Shown one piece after another: positions 12,233-21,153 of a stretch of 64,000 nucleotides of DNA. The notes below the pieces were generated by a model. That model was not told where the DNA came from, searched no databases, and worked only from the letters and a program-made list of their open reading frames with translations. The DNA lies in sequence record NZ_LR134454.1. One strand, written 5' to 3'. The number at the start of each line of letters is the position of its first letter. The stretch's first letter is position 1. This DNA is from a plasmid. Position numbers and translations under genes: made by a program.

Positions 12233-12256
12233 CCCCCACCCCGAAGGAGCACAACC

Positions 12257-13087
12257 ATGTCCGCACTGAACGGCAAGATCGCCGTCGTCACCGGCTCCGG
12301 CCGCGGTATCGGCCGCGAGATCGCCCTCAAGCTCGCCGCCGACGGCGCCGCGATCGTGGTCAACGACCTCGACGAGGAGCCCGCCGCGCAGACCGTCGCC
12401 GACATCGAGGCGGCGGGCGGCCGTGCCGTCGCCTGCCCCGGCAGCGTCACCGAGGAGGGCTTCGCCGAGCGCTTCGTCGGCACGGCCGTCGATGAGCTCG
12501 GCGGGCTCGACATCATCGTCAACAATGCCGGGTACACGTGGGACTCGGTCGTGCAGAAAATGACCGACGAGCAGTGGGACGCGATTCTCGACGTGCACCT
12601 CAAGGCCCCGTTCCGGATCTTGCGCGCCGCCCAGCCGGTGATCTCGGGTCTCGTGAAGGCCGCCCGTGCGGAGGGCCGCGAGGTGCCGTGTCGCAAGGTG
12701 GTCAACATCTCCTCGATCGCCGGGCTCGGCGGCAACGCGGGCCAGGCCAATTACGCCGCGGCCAAGGCGGGCGTCACGGGCCTGACGAAGACGATCGCCA
12801 AGGAGTGGGGCCGGTACAACGTCACCGTCAACACCATCGCCTTCGGCCTCATCACGACCCGCCTGACCGAGGCCCCGGCCGGCGGCGACGGCAGCATCGA
12901 CGTCGCGGGACGGGAGATCAAGGTGGGCGTCAATCCACAGCTGCTCGACGCGATGGCGGCCCAGATCCCGCTGGGCCGCGCGGGCACTCCCCAGGAGGCC
13001 GCCGGCGCCGTGTACCTGTTGTGCCGGCCGGAGTCCGACTACGTCAGCGCGCAGACTCTGGTGTGCGGCGGCGGCTACATGATCTAG
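12257..13087 (+). CDS. Short-chain dehydrogenase/reductase (3-oxoacyl reductase-like)
   Basis: Rossmann KIAVVTGSGRGIGREIA, NNAG and SxnY..K catalytic pattern. GAAGGAG RBS at 12243-12249. Confidence 0.85.
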   Translation: MSALNGKIAVVTGSGRGIGREIALKLAADGAAIVVNDLDEEPAAQTVADIEAAGGRAVACPGSVTEEGFAERFVGTAVDELGGLDIIVNNAGYTWDSVVQKMTDEQWDAILDVHLKAPFRILRAAQPVISGLVKAARAEGREVPCRKVVNISSIAGLGGNAGQANYAAAKAGVTGLTKTIAKEWGRYNVTVNTIAFGLITTRLTEAPAGGDGSIDVAGREIKVGVNPQLLDAMAAQIPLGRAGTPQEAAGAVYLLCRPESDYVSAQTLVCGGGYMI

Positions 13088-13107
13088 GCGCCCTAGGCTT
13101 GGACCCC

Positions 13108-14268
13108 ATGGAGGCGACATCGGTGGTGCGCTCGCGGCCGGCCAATCGGCGCGAGCTGATCATCGAGGCCGCGGCCACGGCGTTCGCGGCTCGCGGCTAT
13201 GAGAACGTCGCGATGAGCGCCGTCGCCGAGGCCGTGGGAGTGCGCCCCTCCGCTCTGTACCGGCACTTCGCGAACAAGGAGGCGATGCTCGCGGCGGCGT
13301 TCGAGGGGTACGTCCTGGACCTGCGGGAGGCCCTCGCGGCGGGGTCGGAAGGGGACCGGTTCGGGCCGCTGATCGACCGGACGCTGGCGCATCGTGCCGC
13401 GGGCCGGCTCTGGATCCGGGAGGCCCGCTACCTCCCGGCGGACTCGGTCGCCGTGGTTCGCGAGGGACTCCTGGCGGACCTCGATGCGGTGGTCGCGGCG
13501 CCGGGCGACGGTGCCGGAGCGCGGGTGCGGTCCATCGCCGTGCTCGGCGTCCTGCTCAGTACGGCGATGCACGCCACGGAATCGGCGGTGCCACCGATGC
13601 GGGCGCTCCTCTCCGCGTTGGTGTCCCGTGCGGCGGCGGGGCCACTGGCGGCGGACGGGGCCCCCGTCGTCGCGCCGCGCGGCCTGCCCCGGATCGCCAA
13701 GCGCGAGCAGATCCTCGCTGCCGCGGTCGAGTTGTTCGCGGCCCGGACCTACGACGGAGTCGCGTTGGACGACATCGCCGCCGCGGTCGACCTCGCACCG
13801 TCGAGCATCTACAACCACTTCGCCAGCAAGGAGGAGATCCTCGCCTCGGCGCTGCACCGCGCCAACGGTTTCGTCCAGGTGGATCTGGACGAGGTGCTCG
13901 CCGCCACCGACGACCCCGGTCTCGCGCTCCACGCGATCGTGGAGCGGTACGCGGGCTTCGCGGTGCGCCACCCCGGAATGACCCAGGCCATCGTCTCCGA
14001 GATCGGCGAGCTCACCGAGCGGGAGAGCGCCGTCCTGATCGACGCTCAGCGGGCCTACGTGGGCGAATGGGTCCACCTGTACGGCAGCGTCGACCACGCC
14101 GATTCCTCGGCGCGTCGGGTCGCGGTGATGGCGGCGATCACCGCGGTCAATCAGCTCGCGTGCACGCCGGGGGCCCCGCGCGGAGCGGAAAGAGCTGCGC
14201 TGGTGACGGCGTACGGGCGCAGGATCCTCGGTGTCGACGGGGCGCGGGCCCCGCTTCCACGGGCCTGA
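13108..14268 (+). CDS. TetR-family transcriptional regulator, tandem duplicated (two TetR HTH modules in one chain)
   Basis: HTH 1: AAATAFAARGYENVAMSAVAEAVGVRPSALYRHF. HTH 2: AAAVELFAARTYDGVALDDIAAAVDLAPSSIYNHF. The track ORF begins further upstream at 12538 inside the SDR gene; ATG at 13108 is the first start after the SDR stop. Confidence 0.75.
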   Translation: MEATSVVRSRPANRRELIIEAAATAFAARGYENVAMSAVAEAVGVRPSALYRHFANKEAMLAAAFEGYVLDLREALAAGSEGDRFGPLIDRTLAHRAAGRLWIREARYLPADSVAVVREGLLADLDAVVAAPGDGAGARVRSIAVLGVLLSTAMHATESAVPPMRALLSALVSRAAAGPLAADGAPVVAPRGLPRIAKREQILAAAVELFAARTYDGVALDDIAAAVDLAPSSIYNHFASKEEILASALHRANGFVQVDLDEVLAATDDPGLALHAIVERYAGFAVRHPGMTQAIVSEIGELTERESAVLIDAQRAYVGEWVHLYGSVDHADSSARRVAVMAAITAVNQLACTPGAPRGAERAALVTAYGRRILGVDGARAPLPRA

Positions 14269-14283
14269 CGGCGCGGCGCCGGT

Positions 14284-15282
14284 TCAGAGCCGGGTGCCGC
14301 GGCCGTACCGGCCGAACTCGAGCAGGATCAGCGCGGCCGCGACCCGCACGAGCTGGTGCGGGCGCAGCATGACCGCGCGCTCCTGGTCGAAGGAGCGGTA
14401 CTTGCGCAGGTAGCGGTACAGCCGCTCGACGTGCAGCAGCGGGTCGAAGGCGTGAACGGCCCGCCGGGCCGCAGCGCGGGCCCACGGATGCCGCAGGGCC
14501 GTCGCGTCGTCGGCGAACAGGTCGGGGAAGGGTGCGAAGGCGAGGGAGACGCGCTTGTAGCCGTGGTCGCGCGCCCACGCGATGGTCTCCAGCGTGAGCC
14601 GCTCGTCCACGCCGTTGGGCGCCCGGCGCGCGCGGAGCGGCAGGTCGAGCGAGAGGTCCTCGGGTCCGGCGGGCAGGTACCGGTGCGCGGCGCAGACGGT
14701 GCCGTCGGCCGTCCTGGCGAGGGCGAAGACCCCGTCGGGCGTGGCGCCGTCGAGCATGCGTCCCAGGATCATCGAGAAGCCGCGGGTGGGATCGTGCCCC
14801 GCGAGGGTCTCCATCCGGCGGACGGCCTGCCGGTCCAGGTCGGTGACGTCGGCCTCCCTCACGATCTCGACGGTGACGCCCGCGTTGCGGGTGCGGGAGA
14901 CGGCCTGGCGGAGGTTGCGGAACCGTCGTCCGACGAGGTCGAAGGAGCAGGTGTCGACGACGACGTCGCGGCCGATGGGCACCGCCCGCAGGCCGTGCGC
15001 CTCCCACAGCGGGCGGGCGGCCTCCCCGGCCCCCAGCACCGCGATCGGGCGGCGCCCGGCGCGCCGCACGAATTCCGCGACCGCGGCAGCGCGGGCCTCG
15101 GGGGTGAGGCCGACGGGGTCGCCGCTCGCGACGACCACGCCGAGCCGGATCGCGTAGCCCAGCACTGCGTTCCCGTCGGGGGAGGCGATGTGGGCCTTCT
15201 CGGGCCGGAGGGCGAACGGTGCGAGGGGATCGCCGACCGACCGGCCGACCAGGTCCGAGACGCTTCGGTTGCCGAAGGACAT
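14284..15282 (-). CDS. DUF2156-family protein (resembles the C-terminal domain of phosphatidylglycerol lysyltransferase MprF/LysX), stand-alone
   Basis: Sequence resembles the MprF C-terminal synthase domain with no flippase domain. Start chosen at the internal ATG (MSFGN...) rather than the track's 15447. Confidence 0.5.
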   Translation of the reverse strand: MSFGNRSVSDLVGRSVGDPLAPFALRPEKAHIASPDGNAVLGYAIRLGVVVASGDPVGLTPEARAAAVAEFVRRAGRRPIAVLGAGEAARPLWEAHGLRAVPIGRDVVVDTCSFDLVGRRFRNLRQAVSRTRNAGVTVEIVREADVTDLDRQAVRRMETLAGHDPTRGFSMILGRMLDGATPDGVFALARTADGTVCAAHRYLPAGPEDLSLDLPLRARRAPNGVDERLTLETIAWARDHGYKRVSLAFAPFPDLFADDATALRHPWARAAARRAVHAFDPLLHVERLYRYLRKYRSFDQERAVMLRPHQLVRVAAALILLEFGRYGRGTRL

Positions 15283-15861
15283 GGTTCGATTATGCGCTCG
15301 CGCGCGATTCCGGTCCCGGTGGGGCGGCCGCCCCGGCGATTTCGACGGGGCCGCAGCGCCGTTCGCGCGACGAGACCGCTGAGGCGGAACGTCGAGACAG
15401 TGGGCGACGCGATGTCGCACGCCGGACGGCTCGGGACGCGATGGCAAATCGTACGGTGTACTGATTGTGTCGGAAGTGGCGGCGGCAATCGCCGTCGGCG
15501 AGGGTTCGGTGCCGTGACGGGTGCGATTGTGGGGTGTGATCGAAAAAATTACCGCCGCGAAACACTCTGCCCTTCACGGTGGGCAAGACAGTTTCCGAAG
15601 ACGCTTTCCGCGCATGTGGTCGCGTTCACATCGTGTTGGTTTTGTTACCTGTGTCCCCTGGATTCCGATTCGTTACTCGTGTTGGCTCGGAGATGGGTCG
15701 AATCGGTAGCCATAGCAACCACCTCCGAGTTCTCTTTCACATCAATGCTTCTCATCCGCGCGTCGCGAGCACATCGCCGGTGTCGCGGTGATCGGTGCTG
15801 CGCTGTGGACGCCGGGTCGGCCGCCGAGGGAATGGTCGTGCGCGAGGGAGAAGGAGAATTC

Positions 15862-16911
15862 ATGTCCAGGTATCAGGGACGGCATCGTAAGGACGTCCGG
15901 ACGGCCGTGTCGGTGACGCGGATGACGGCATCGGCGGCCGCGGCCGTCGCGGCGGGGTCGATCTGGCTCGGCGCGGGCGCCGCGCAGGCCGGCGGCGACC
16001 CGTCGCAGCCTCCCGCTCCCGTCCAGCCTGCGGGCCCGGGCAAGCCCGGTGCCCCCGCGAAGCCCGCCGGTCCGGCGAAGCCGGGCGGTCCGGCGTCGAC
16101 CGCCGGGACGGCGGGGACGGCGAAACCCGGTGCGCCGGTGGGCTCCGCAGGTGCGCCTGCGGCCGCGGGCGGGCAAGGCTCCAGCGGAGCGGGCGCGGGC
16201 GGGAACGGTACGGGCGCCGCAGCTCCCGGCGCCTCGGGCCGTACGAGTGGCGCGGGCGGCGCGGGCGGTGGCGGCGGTGCGCAGGCCGCCACGGCACAGG
16301 GCGGCGGTGCCCAGGGTGGCGCCGGGCAGCAGGGCGCAGCAGCACAGCCGGTCGGAACGGCGCAGCAGGGCGGCGGCGCCGGTGGGACCGGCGCCCGCGG
16401 TACCGGCACGGGCGCGGGTGGCGGAACCGCGGGCCGCACCGCCCCGCAGGGCACGACGCCGCAGGGCGTGGCACCTCAGGGTGCGTCCCCGCAGGCCGCA
16501 GGCCCGCAGGCGCCCTCGGCCGCGGGTGGCGGCGGCGCGACGGGTGCGGGCGCACCCGACTCCGACTCGACCGTCCAGGCAGCGGGCACGGGTGCGGCCG
16601 CGAGCGCCTCGGCGCCCGGCGCGGACCGCGACACCGCCGCCTCGCTCGCGGGGACCGGATCCACCGGCGCGCGGGCCGAGGGCACCACCGGTACCGCGGG
16701 TGGCGTGACCTCAAACGGTTCGGGCGGCTCCGCGTCCACCGGCGCGGGCGGCGCGAGCGGTTCCACCACCGGCGGGTCGGGCGCGGGCGGCGCCGCGTCG
16801 TCCACGGACGCCGGCGTCGCGGCCTCCGTCCCGGGCGCGTCCACCTCGTCGGGTTCCGACGCGGGAGGCGGCCTGCTCAGCGACGTCCTCGACGCGATCC
16901 CGCTCCTCTAG
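15862..16911 (+). CDS. Secreted low-complexity Gly/Ala/Thr/Pro-rich protein (intrinsically disordered)
   Basis: AAGGAGA RBS at 15851-15857. N-terminal hydrophobic signal-like segment MTASAAAAVAAGSIWLGAGAAQA, then about 300 aa of PGxPA / GGxG low complexity. Conserved-looking C-terminus LLSDVLDAIPLL. Confidence 0.6.
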   Translation: MSRYQGRHRKDVRTAVSVTRMTASAAAAVAAGSIWLGAGAAQAGGDPSQPPAPVQPAGPGKPGAPAKPAGPAKPGGPASTAGTAGTAKPGAPVGSAGAPAAAGGQGSSGAGAGGNGTGAAAPGASGRTSGAGGAGGGGGAQAATAQGGGAQGGAGQQGAAAQPVGTAQQGGGAGGTGARGTGTGAGGGTAGRTAPQGTTPQGVAPQGASPQAAGPQAPSAAGGGGATGAGAPDSDSTVQAAGTGAAASASAPGADRDTAASLAGTGSTGARAEGTTGTAGGVTSNGSGGSASTGAGGASGSTTGGSGAGGAASSTDAGVAASVPGASTSSGSDAGGGLLSDVLDAIPLL

Positions 16912-16962
16912 CGACGACCGTCGTGCCCCCGCGGCGGGGCACGGCGGTGGGTCGGCGGGCCG

Positions 16963-18114
16963 TCAGTCCGGCGGCGACCAGCGCTGCGCGCTGCGGAAGA
17001 CCCGGTCCATCATGGCGTTCGGGGCGGCGCGCATCGCCACGTCCCGCCCGCGGACGAAGAGCGGCGTCGGCCACTGCAACGCCGCGCCGATCAGGTACGC
17101 CTGCCGCGCGATGGACTGCGTCCGGGGCCGGCGCGCCTTGTCGTAGGCGGCGAGCTTGGTCGGGATGTCCCGCGGGTCGTGGTCCCGCGCGATCGGCCGG
17201 AGCAGCGAGACCAGCACCGCGGCGTCCTCCAGCGCCAGGTTCGCGCCCTGCCCCAGCGTGGGCGGCATGGCGTGCGCGGCGTCGCCGACCAGCGTCGCCG
17301 GGCCCCGCGAGTACGTGCGCAGCGGGTGCGCCAGCCGCTCGATGGGCTGGTAGCCGATGCGTTCCGGGGCCGTCGCGGCCAGGAGTGCGGGGATCGGGTC
17401 GTGCCACTCGCCGTACCGCTCCTCGAGCTCCCCGGGTTCGGGCAGATCGTCGTCGGCGGCGGGGCGCACCGCGAACCAGTACACGCGGCCGTCGCGCAGC
17501 GGCACGTACCCGAACCGCTCGCCCCGGCCGAAGGTCTCGCCGCTGTCGGGCAGCGCGACGGGGGTGTCGGTGATGCCCCGCCACGCCCCGTAGCCGCAGT
17601 ACGCGGCCCCGGGGTCGCCGGCGTGACTGCCCCGGACGCGGCTGCGGATCCCGTCGGCGCCGACCAGCACGTGCCAGTCCTCGAGCAGCCCGCTCGGTCC
17701 GAGGTCCAGCGTCTCGCGGCTGAGCCCCTCCACCCGGATGCCCGGCCGGACGGTGTCCGGGGCCAGGTCCCGCAACAGGGCCCGGTGCAGGTCGGTGCGG
17801 TCCACCACCCGCAGATCGGCGAGGGTGGCCGGCGAGAACTCGGTGAGCCGGGTGCCGTCCGCGCGGCGGGTGCCGTACGGGATGGACGGCGGACCGTCGG
17901 CCACGACCTCCCGCACCCGCTCCTCGAGGCCGAGCGAGCGGAGGGCCGCGAAACCGTTGGAGAGCAGCGAAAGTCCGGAGCCCCGGGGGAGGAAACGGGC
18001 GGCCTGCTCGAGGACGATCACCTCGGCACCGGCGCGCTGCAGGCCGGAGGCCACCGCCAGCCCGCCGATGCCGGCGCCGACGACGGCGACGCGCAGTGAG
18101 TTGGTCCTCCACAT
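16963..18114 (-). CDS. FAD-dependent aromatic-ring monooxygenase (salicylate/hydroxybenzoate hydroxylase-like)
   Basis: FAD-binding VAVVGAGIGGLAVASGL at the N-terminus; GD and DAAH motifs. Start taken at the ATG giving MWRTNSLRVAVVGAG. Confidence 0.8.
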   Translation of the reverse strand: MWRTNSLRVAVVGAGIGGLAVASGLQRAGAEVIVLEQAARFLPRGSGLSLLSNGFAALRSLGLEERVREVVADGPPSIPYGTRRADGTRLTEFSPATLADLRVVDRTDLHRALLRDLAPDTVRPGIRVEGLSRETLDLGPSGLLEDWHVLVGADGIRSRVRGSHAGDPGAAYCGYGAWRGITDTPVALPDSGETFGRGERFGYVPLRDGRVYWFAVRPAADDDLPEPGELEERYGEWHDPIPALLAATAPERIGYQPIERLAHPLRTYSRGPATLVGDAAHAMPPTLGQGANLALEDAAVLVSLLRPIARDHDPRDIPTKLAAYDKARRPRTQSIARQAYLIGAALQWPTPLFVRGRDVAMRAAPNAMMDRVFRSAQRWSPPD

Positions 18115-18280
18115 GCCTTCGACGCTAGTGCGGAACGGCCGCCGTGTCACCGAGGTGTGCGCCGAGTGACACGCCGTGTTGTCATAGGGCTGTCCTGCGT
18201 TTGGGATCCCACCCGACCTGTGGTTATTCTTGTGCGTCCCTCCAACGCTGAAACGAGGGCAGAGCCCTCGAGGAGTGACC

Positions 18281-18811
18281 GTGGCCGTCGCCGACGAATG
18301 GGAACTGTGGTTCCCCGACGCTTACGAGATCGGCGCGGAGACGGTGCGGTCGTTCGCCCGCGCGACCCGCAGCTGGGACGTCCCCTACGCCGTCAGCCGC
18401 CGGCTTCCGGACGACGTGGTCGTGCCGGCGACGATGCTCGGCGCACCCATGCTGCAGGCGGCGTCCGCGGTGGTCGGCCGGGCCATCCCCGGATGCAACC
18501 TCGCGGCGATCATGCACGCGGGCCAGTCCTTCACCTACTTGCGGCCGCTGCACGTGGGCGACGTCCTCAGCCTGGGGGTGCGGCTGACGTCGCACATCGT
18601 CAAGGCGGAGACCGACCTCATCGTGGTCGAGTGCATGGTCTACTCGGACGGCGAGCCGTCGCTCGACGCGGAGATCTTCCTGGTGCACAGCCAGCGCGAG
18701 ACCGGCATCGACCTCGAGGCGGCCGACCGGCTCGCCGACGAGGTGATGATGACCGGCACCGGGCCGTCGAACAGCGACGCCTACGCCGCCAACGTCGCCG
18801 GGTCCCGCTAG
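18281..18811 (+). CDS. Hotdog-fold protein (MaoC/FAS1 dehydratase-like), function unknown
   Basis: AGGAG RBS at 18271-18275 and GTG start. Hotdog-like sequence, 176 aa. Confidence 0.5.
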   Translation: MAVADEWELWFPDAYEIGAETVRSFARATRSWDVPYAVSRRLPDDVVVPATMLGAPMLQAASAVVGRAIPGCNLAAIMHAGQSFTYLRPLHVGDVLSLGVRLTSHIVKAETDLIVVECMVYSDGEPSLDAEIFLVHSQRETGIDLEAADRLADEVMMTGTGPSNSDAYAANVAGSR

Positions 18812-18812
18812 A

Positions 18813-20483
18813 TCAGACCGCGGCGCCGAGGATCCCGTCGAGCGCCCGCGCCATGTCGGCGGCCTCGATCCGCATGAGCACCGCCTCGTCGACCCCGGCC
18901 AGGTCCAGGCCCGAGTCGGCGAGCCGCAGCTCCCGCTCCTCCTCGGCCGCCTCGATGACGTTCCGCACGAACCGGCCGTTGCCCAGGCGGTCGAGCCGGT
19001 CGGCGACGCCGGCGCAGCAGGTCTCCAACACCTCCGCCGCGTCGCCGGTGAGCACCGCGTCGCGCGAGCGGGCCATCGCCGCGCCGATCTCGGCGAGCTC
19101 GCCCGGGCTGTAGCCGGGGAACCGGATGCGGCGCGCGAACCGCGAGGCCAGGCCCTCGTTGGAGCCGAGGAAGCGGTCGATCTCGGCGTCGTAGCCCGCC
19201 ACGATCACGACGAGGCGGTCGCGGTCGTTCTCCATCCGCGCGAGCAGCGTGTCGATCGCCTCCTGCCCGAACGCGTCGCCGCCGCTGAGGCCCTCCTGCA
19301 CCAGCGTGTAGGCCTCGTCGATGAACAGCACCCCGTCGAGCGCGGAGTCGATGACCGCGGAGGTCTTCTGCGCCGTGGCGCCGAGGTACTGCCCGACGAG
19401 GTCGCGGCGCGAGCACTCGACCACGGTGTCGGTCGCCAGTAGCCCCAGCCCGCGGTACATCCGCGCGACGATGCGCGCCACCGTCGTCTTCCCCGTGCCG
19501 GGCGGACCGGTGAAGGCGAGGTGCAGCGACCGGCTCCCGCTCGACAGCCCGCGGTCGGCGCGCACCCGGGCCAGCTGCATCGTCGTCCGCAGCCGGGTGA
19601 CCTGCTCCTTCACCTCGCGCAGCCCGACCTGCCGCTCCAGCTCGTCGGAGGCCGCGGCCAGTAGCTCGTCGCCGGCTTCGGCGGGTGCGTCGTCGGGGGC
19701 GGGCGCGTCCGGGGCGTCGAGCACCAGGCGGTGGCCCGGGTCGCGCAGCGCGGCCTCCGCGGGCGGGTACGACGGTGCCGCCCGCTCCAGCAGTTCGCGC
19801 GCGCGCTCCTCCTCGCCCTGCTCCCGCAGGACGAGGCCGTGGCAGTACCGGGCCGCGGCGGCGGCGCCGGGCACCGGGCCCTCGGCCGCGACGGTCAGCA
19901 GCCGGGTGGCCTCGGCGAACCGGCCGAGTTGCGCCGCGGCGGATCCCGCGATCGTGGCCGCCGCGGCGGCGAGCACCGGGTCGTCCCAGTCGGCGTGCCC
20001 GGCGAGCGCGGTCAGGGCGTCCGGCCACCGTCGGGTCCGGGCGGCGACGACCGCGCGCTGGTAGTGGGCGATCGGGCACGGCGGGGCGCCGTCGAGGGCG
20101 CGCTCGGCCTCGTCGGGCGCACCGTCGGCGAGCAGGCGCGCGGCGTAGGCGACGTGCGCGGTCGCGGCGTCGCGGAGCGGGTAGTCCACGTAGAGGCCGG
20201 TGGCGAAGGTGGAGCTCAGCGCGCCGGGCGCAAGACCCACGCGGCGGGCGGCGGCGCCGATCCCCTCGACGTGGCGGTGCAGTGCGGCGAGCACCTCGGC
20301 GGTGTTCTCGCCGGCCGCGGCGCGGCCCAGCCAGGCGTCGGCCATCCCCGGATCTGCGGTGGTGGCGGCCTCGAAGGCGCGGCGCGCGAGCGCGGGGTCG
20401 GGCGGCCCCGCCTCGAACTCGCCGATCCCGATCCCGAGCGCGGCGACGCCCGCCTGGAACGCGCGGAGCGCAGATGTAGCCAT
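18813..20483 (-). CDS. EccA-like AAA+ ATPase (CbxX/CfxQ family) with N-terminal TPR-like Ala-rich domain
   Basis: Walker A LAFTGPPGTGKTTVARIVA. CbxX-type region VLFIDEAYTLVQ...LVVIVAGYDAEIDRFLGSNEGLASRFARRIRFPGYS. About 280-aa N-terminal helical repeat domain. No ESX genes nearby. Confidence 0.75.
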   Translation of the reverse strand: MATSALRAFQAGVAALGIGIGEFEAGPPDPALARRAFEAATTADPGMADAWLGRAAAGENTAEVLAALHRHVEGIGAAARRVGLAPGALSSTFATGLYVDYPLRDAATAHVAYAARLLADGAPDEAERALDGAPPCPIAHYQRAVVAARTRRWPDALTALAGHADWDDPVLAAAAATIAGSAAAQLGRFAEATRLLTVAAEGPVPGAAAAARYCHGLVLREQGEEERARELLERAAPSYPPAEAALRDPGHRLVLDAPDAPAPDDAPAEAGDELLAAASDELERQVGLREVKEQVTRLRTTMQLARVRADRGLSSGSRSLHLAFTGPPGTGKTTVARIVARMYRGLGLLATDTVVECSRRDLVGQYLGATAQKTSAVIDSALDGVLFIDEAYTLVQEGLSGGDAFGQEAIDTLLARMENDRDRLVVIVAGYDAEIDRFLGSNEGLASRFARRIRFPGYSPGELAEIGAAMARSRDAVLTGDAAEVLETCCAGVADRLDRLGNGRFVRNVIEAAEEERELRLADSGLDLAGVDEAVLMRIEAADMARALDGILGAAV

Positions 20484-20564
20484 GTGGTCCCCCCAGACCC
20501 CGATGTTGCGATCACACTAGCGGGGTGGCGCGCGGCGCGGGCGGATTCGGGGGAGGCGGCGCGG

Positions 20565-21047
20565 TCAGCGGGCCAGTGCGGCGATCTCGCGGATCTCGGC
20601 CAGATCGGGGCCGTACTCCGGCGACGACCAGAATCGCAGTCGCCAGTGGTCGTCGCCCTCGCCGGCGTGCCGCGCGGCGGCCTCGACCTCGTAGTAGCCG
20701 CGGGCCATGGGGAACTCCAGCACCTCGCCGGGCCCGTCCGCGGTGGGGGAGAACCACTCGACGGAGCCGGAGGTGTCGACGCACAGCTGGGTGCGCAGCA
20801 CGGTGTCCCACTCGCCGTCCTCCGGCGGGACGGCGTCCCAGTGCTCGAGCTCGACGGGCATCGCCGCCTGCGCCCGGGACGGGGACGCGAAGCCGGCGGT
20901 GGCCCGGTTGGTCGCGGCGCCGTGCACCGTCACGGCGGCCAGCAGGTCGTCGGGTACCCGGTGCCCGAAGCAGCTGCCGAAGAACTTCCCGTCGCGCAGG
21001 TCGAGCACGCCGGAGAGCTGCGTGAGGATCCGAGGTTCGAGGCGCAT
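20565..21047 (-). CDS. Hypothetical protein (161 aa), immediately upstream of and co-oriented with the EccA-like ATPase
   Basis: Open frame with high GC3 and ATG start. No recognisable domain. Confidence 0.4.
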   Translation of the reverse strand: MRLEPRILTQLSGVLDLRDGKFFGSCFGHRVPDDLLAAVTVHGAATNRATAGFASPSRAQAAMPVELEHWDAVPPEDGEWDTVLRTQLCVDTSGSVEWFSPTADGPGEVLEFPMARGYYEVEAAARHAGEGDDHWRLRFWSSPEYGPDLAEIREIAALAR

Positions 21048-21153
21048 CGGTCCATCATGACGGATGCGGGCGGAGCCGCACCCGATGTGTCCGATTCGGT
21101 GTGGGGGATCGCCCCGATGCCGCAGGTGACGAGATTCTGGCATTCTCGGTGAC

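Noticed and set aside
12538-13107. Track ORF start of the tandem TetR at 12538, inside the SDR gene
   Set aside because: That stretch is an out-of-frame overlap of the SDR coding region. The TetR homology begins at the ATG at 13108, directly after the SDR stop.
18813-20483. Calling the AAA ATPase eccA and inferring a type VII secretion system here
   Set aside because: No other ESX components are present within 20 kb on either side. I report it as EccA-like only.
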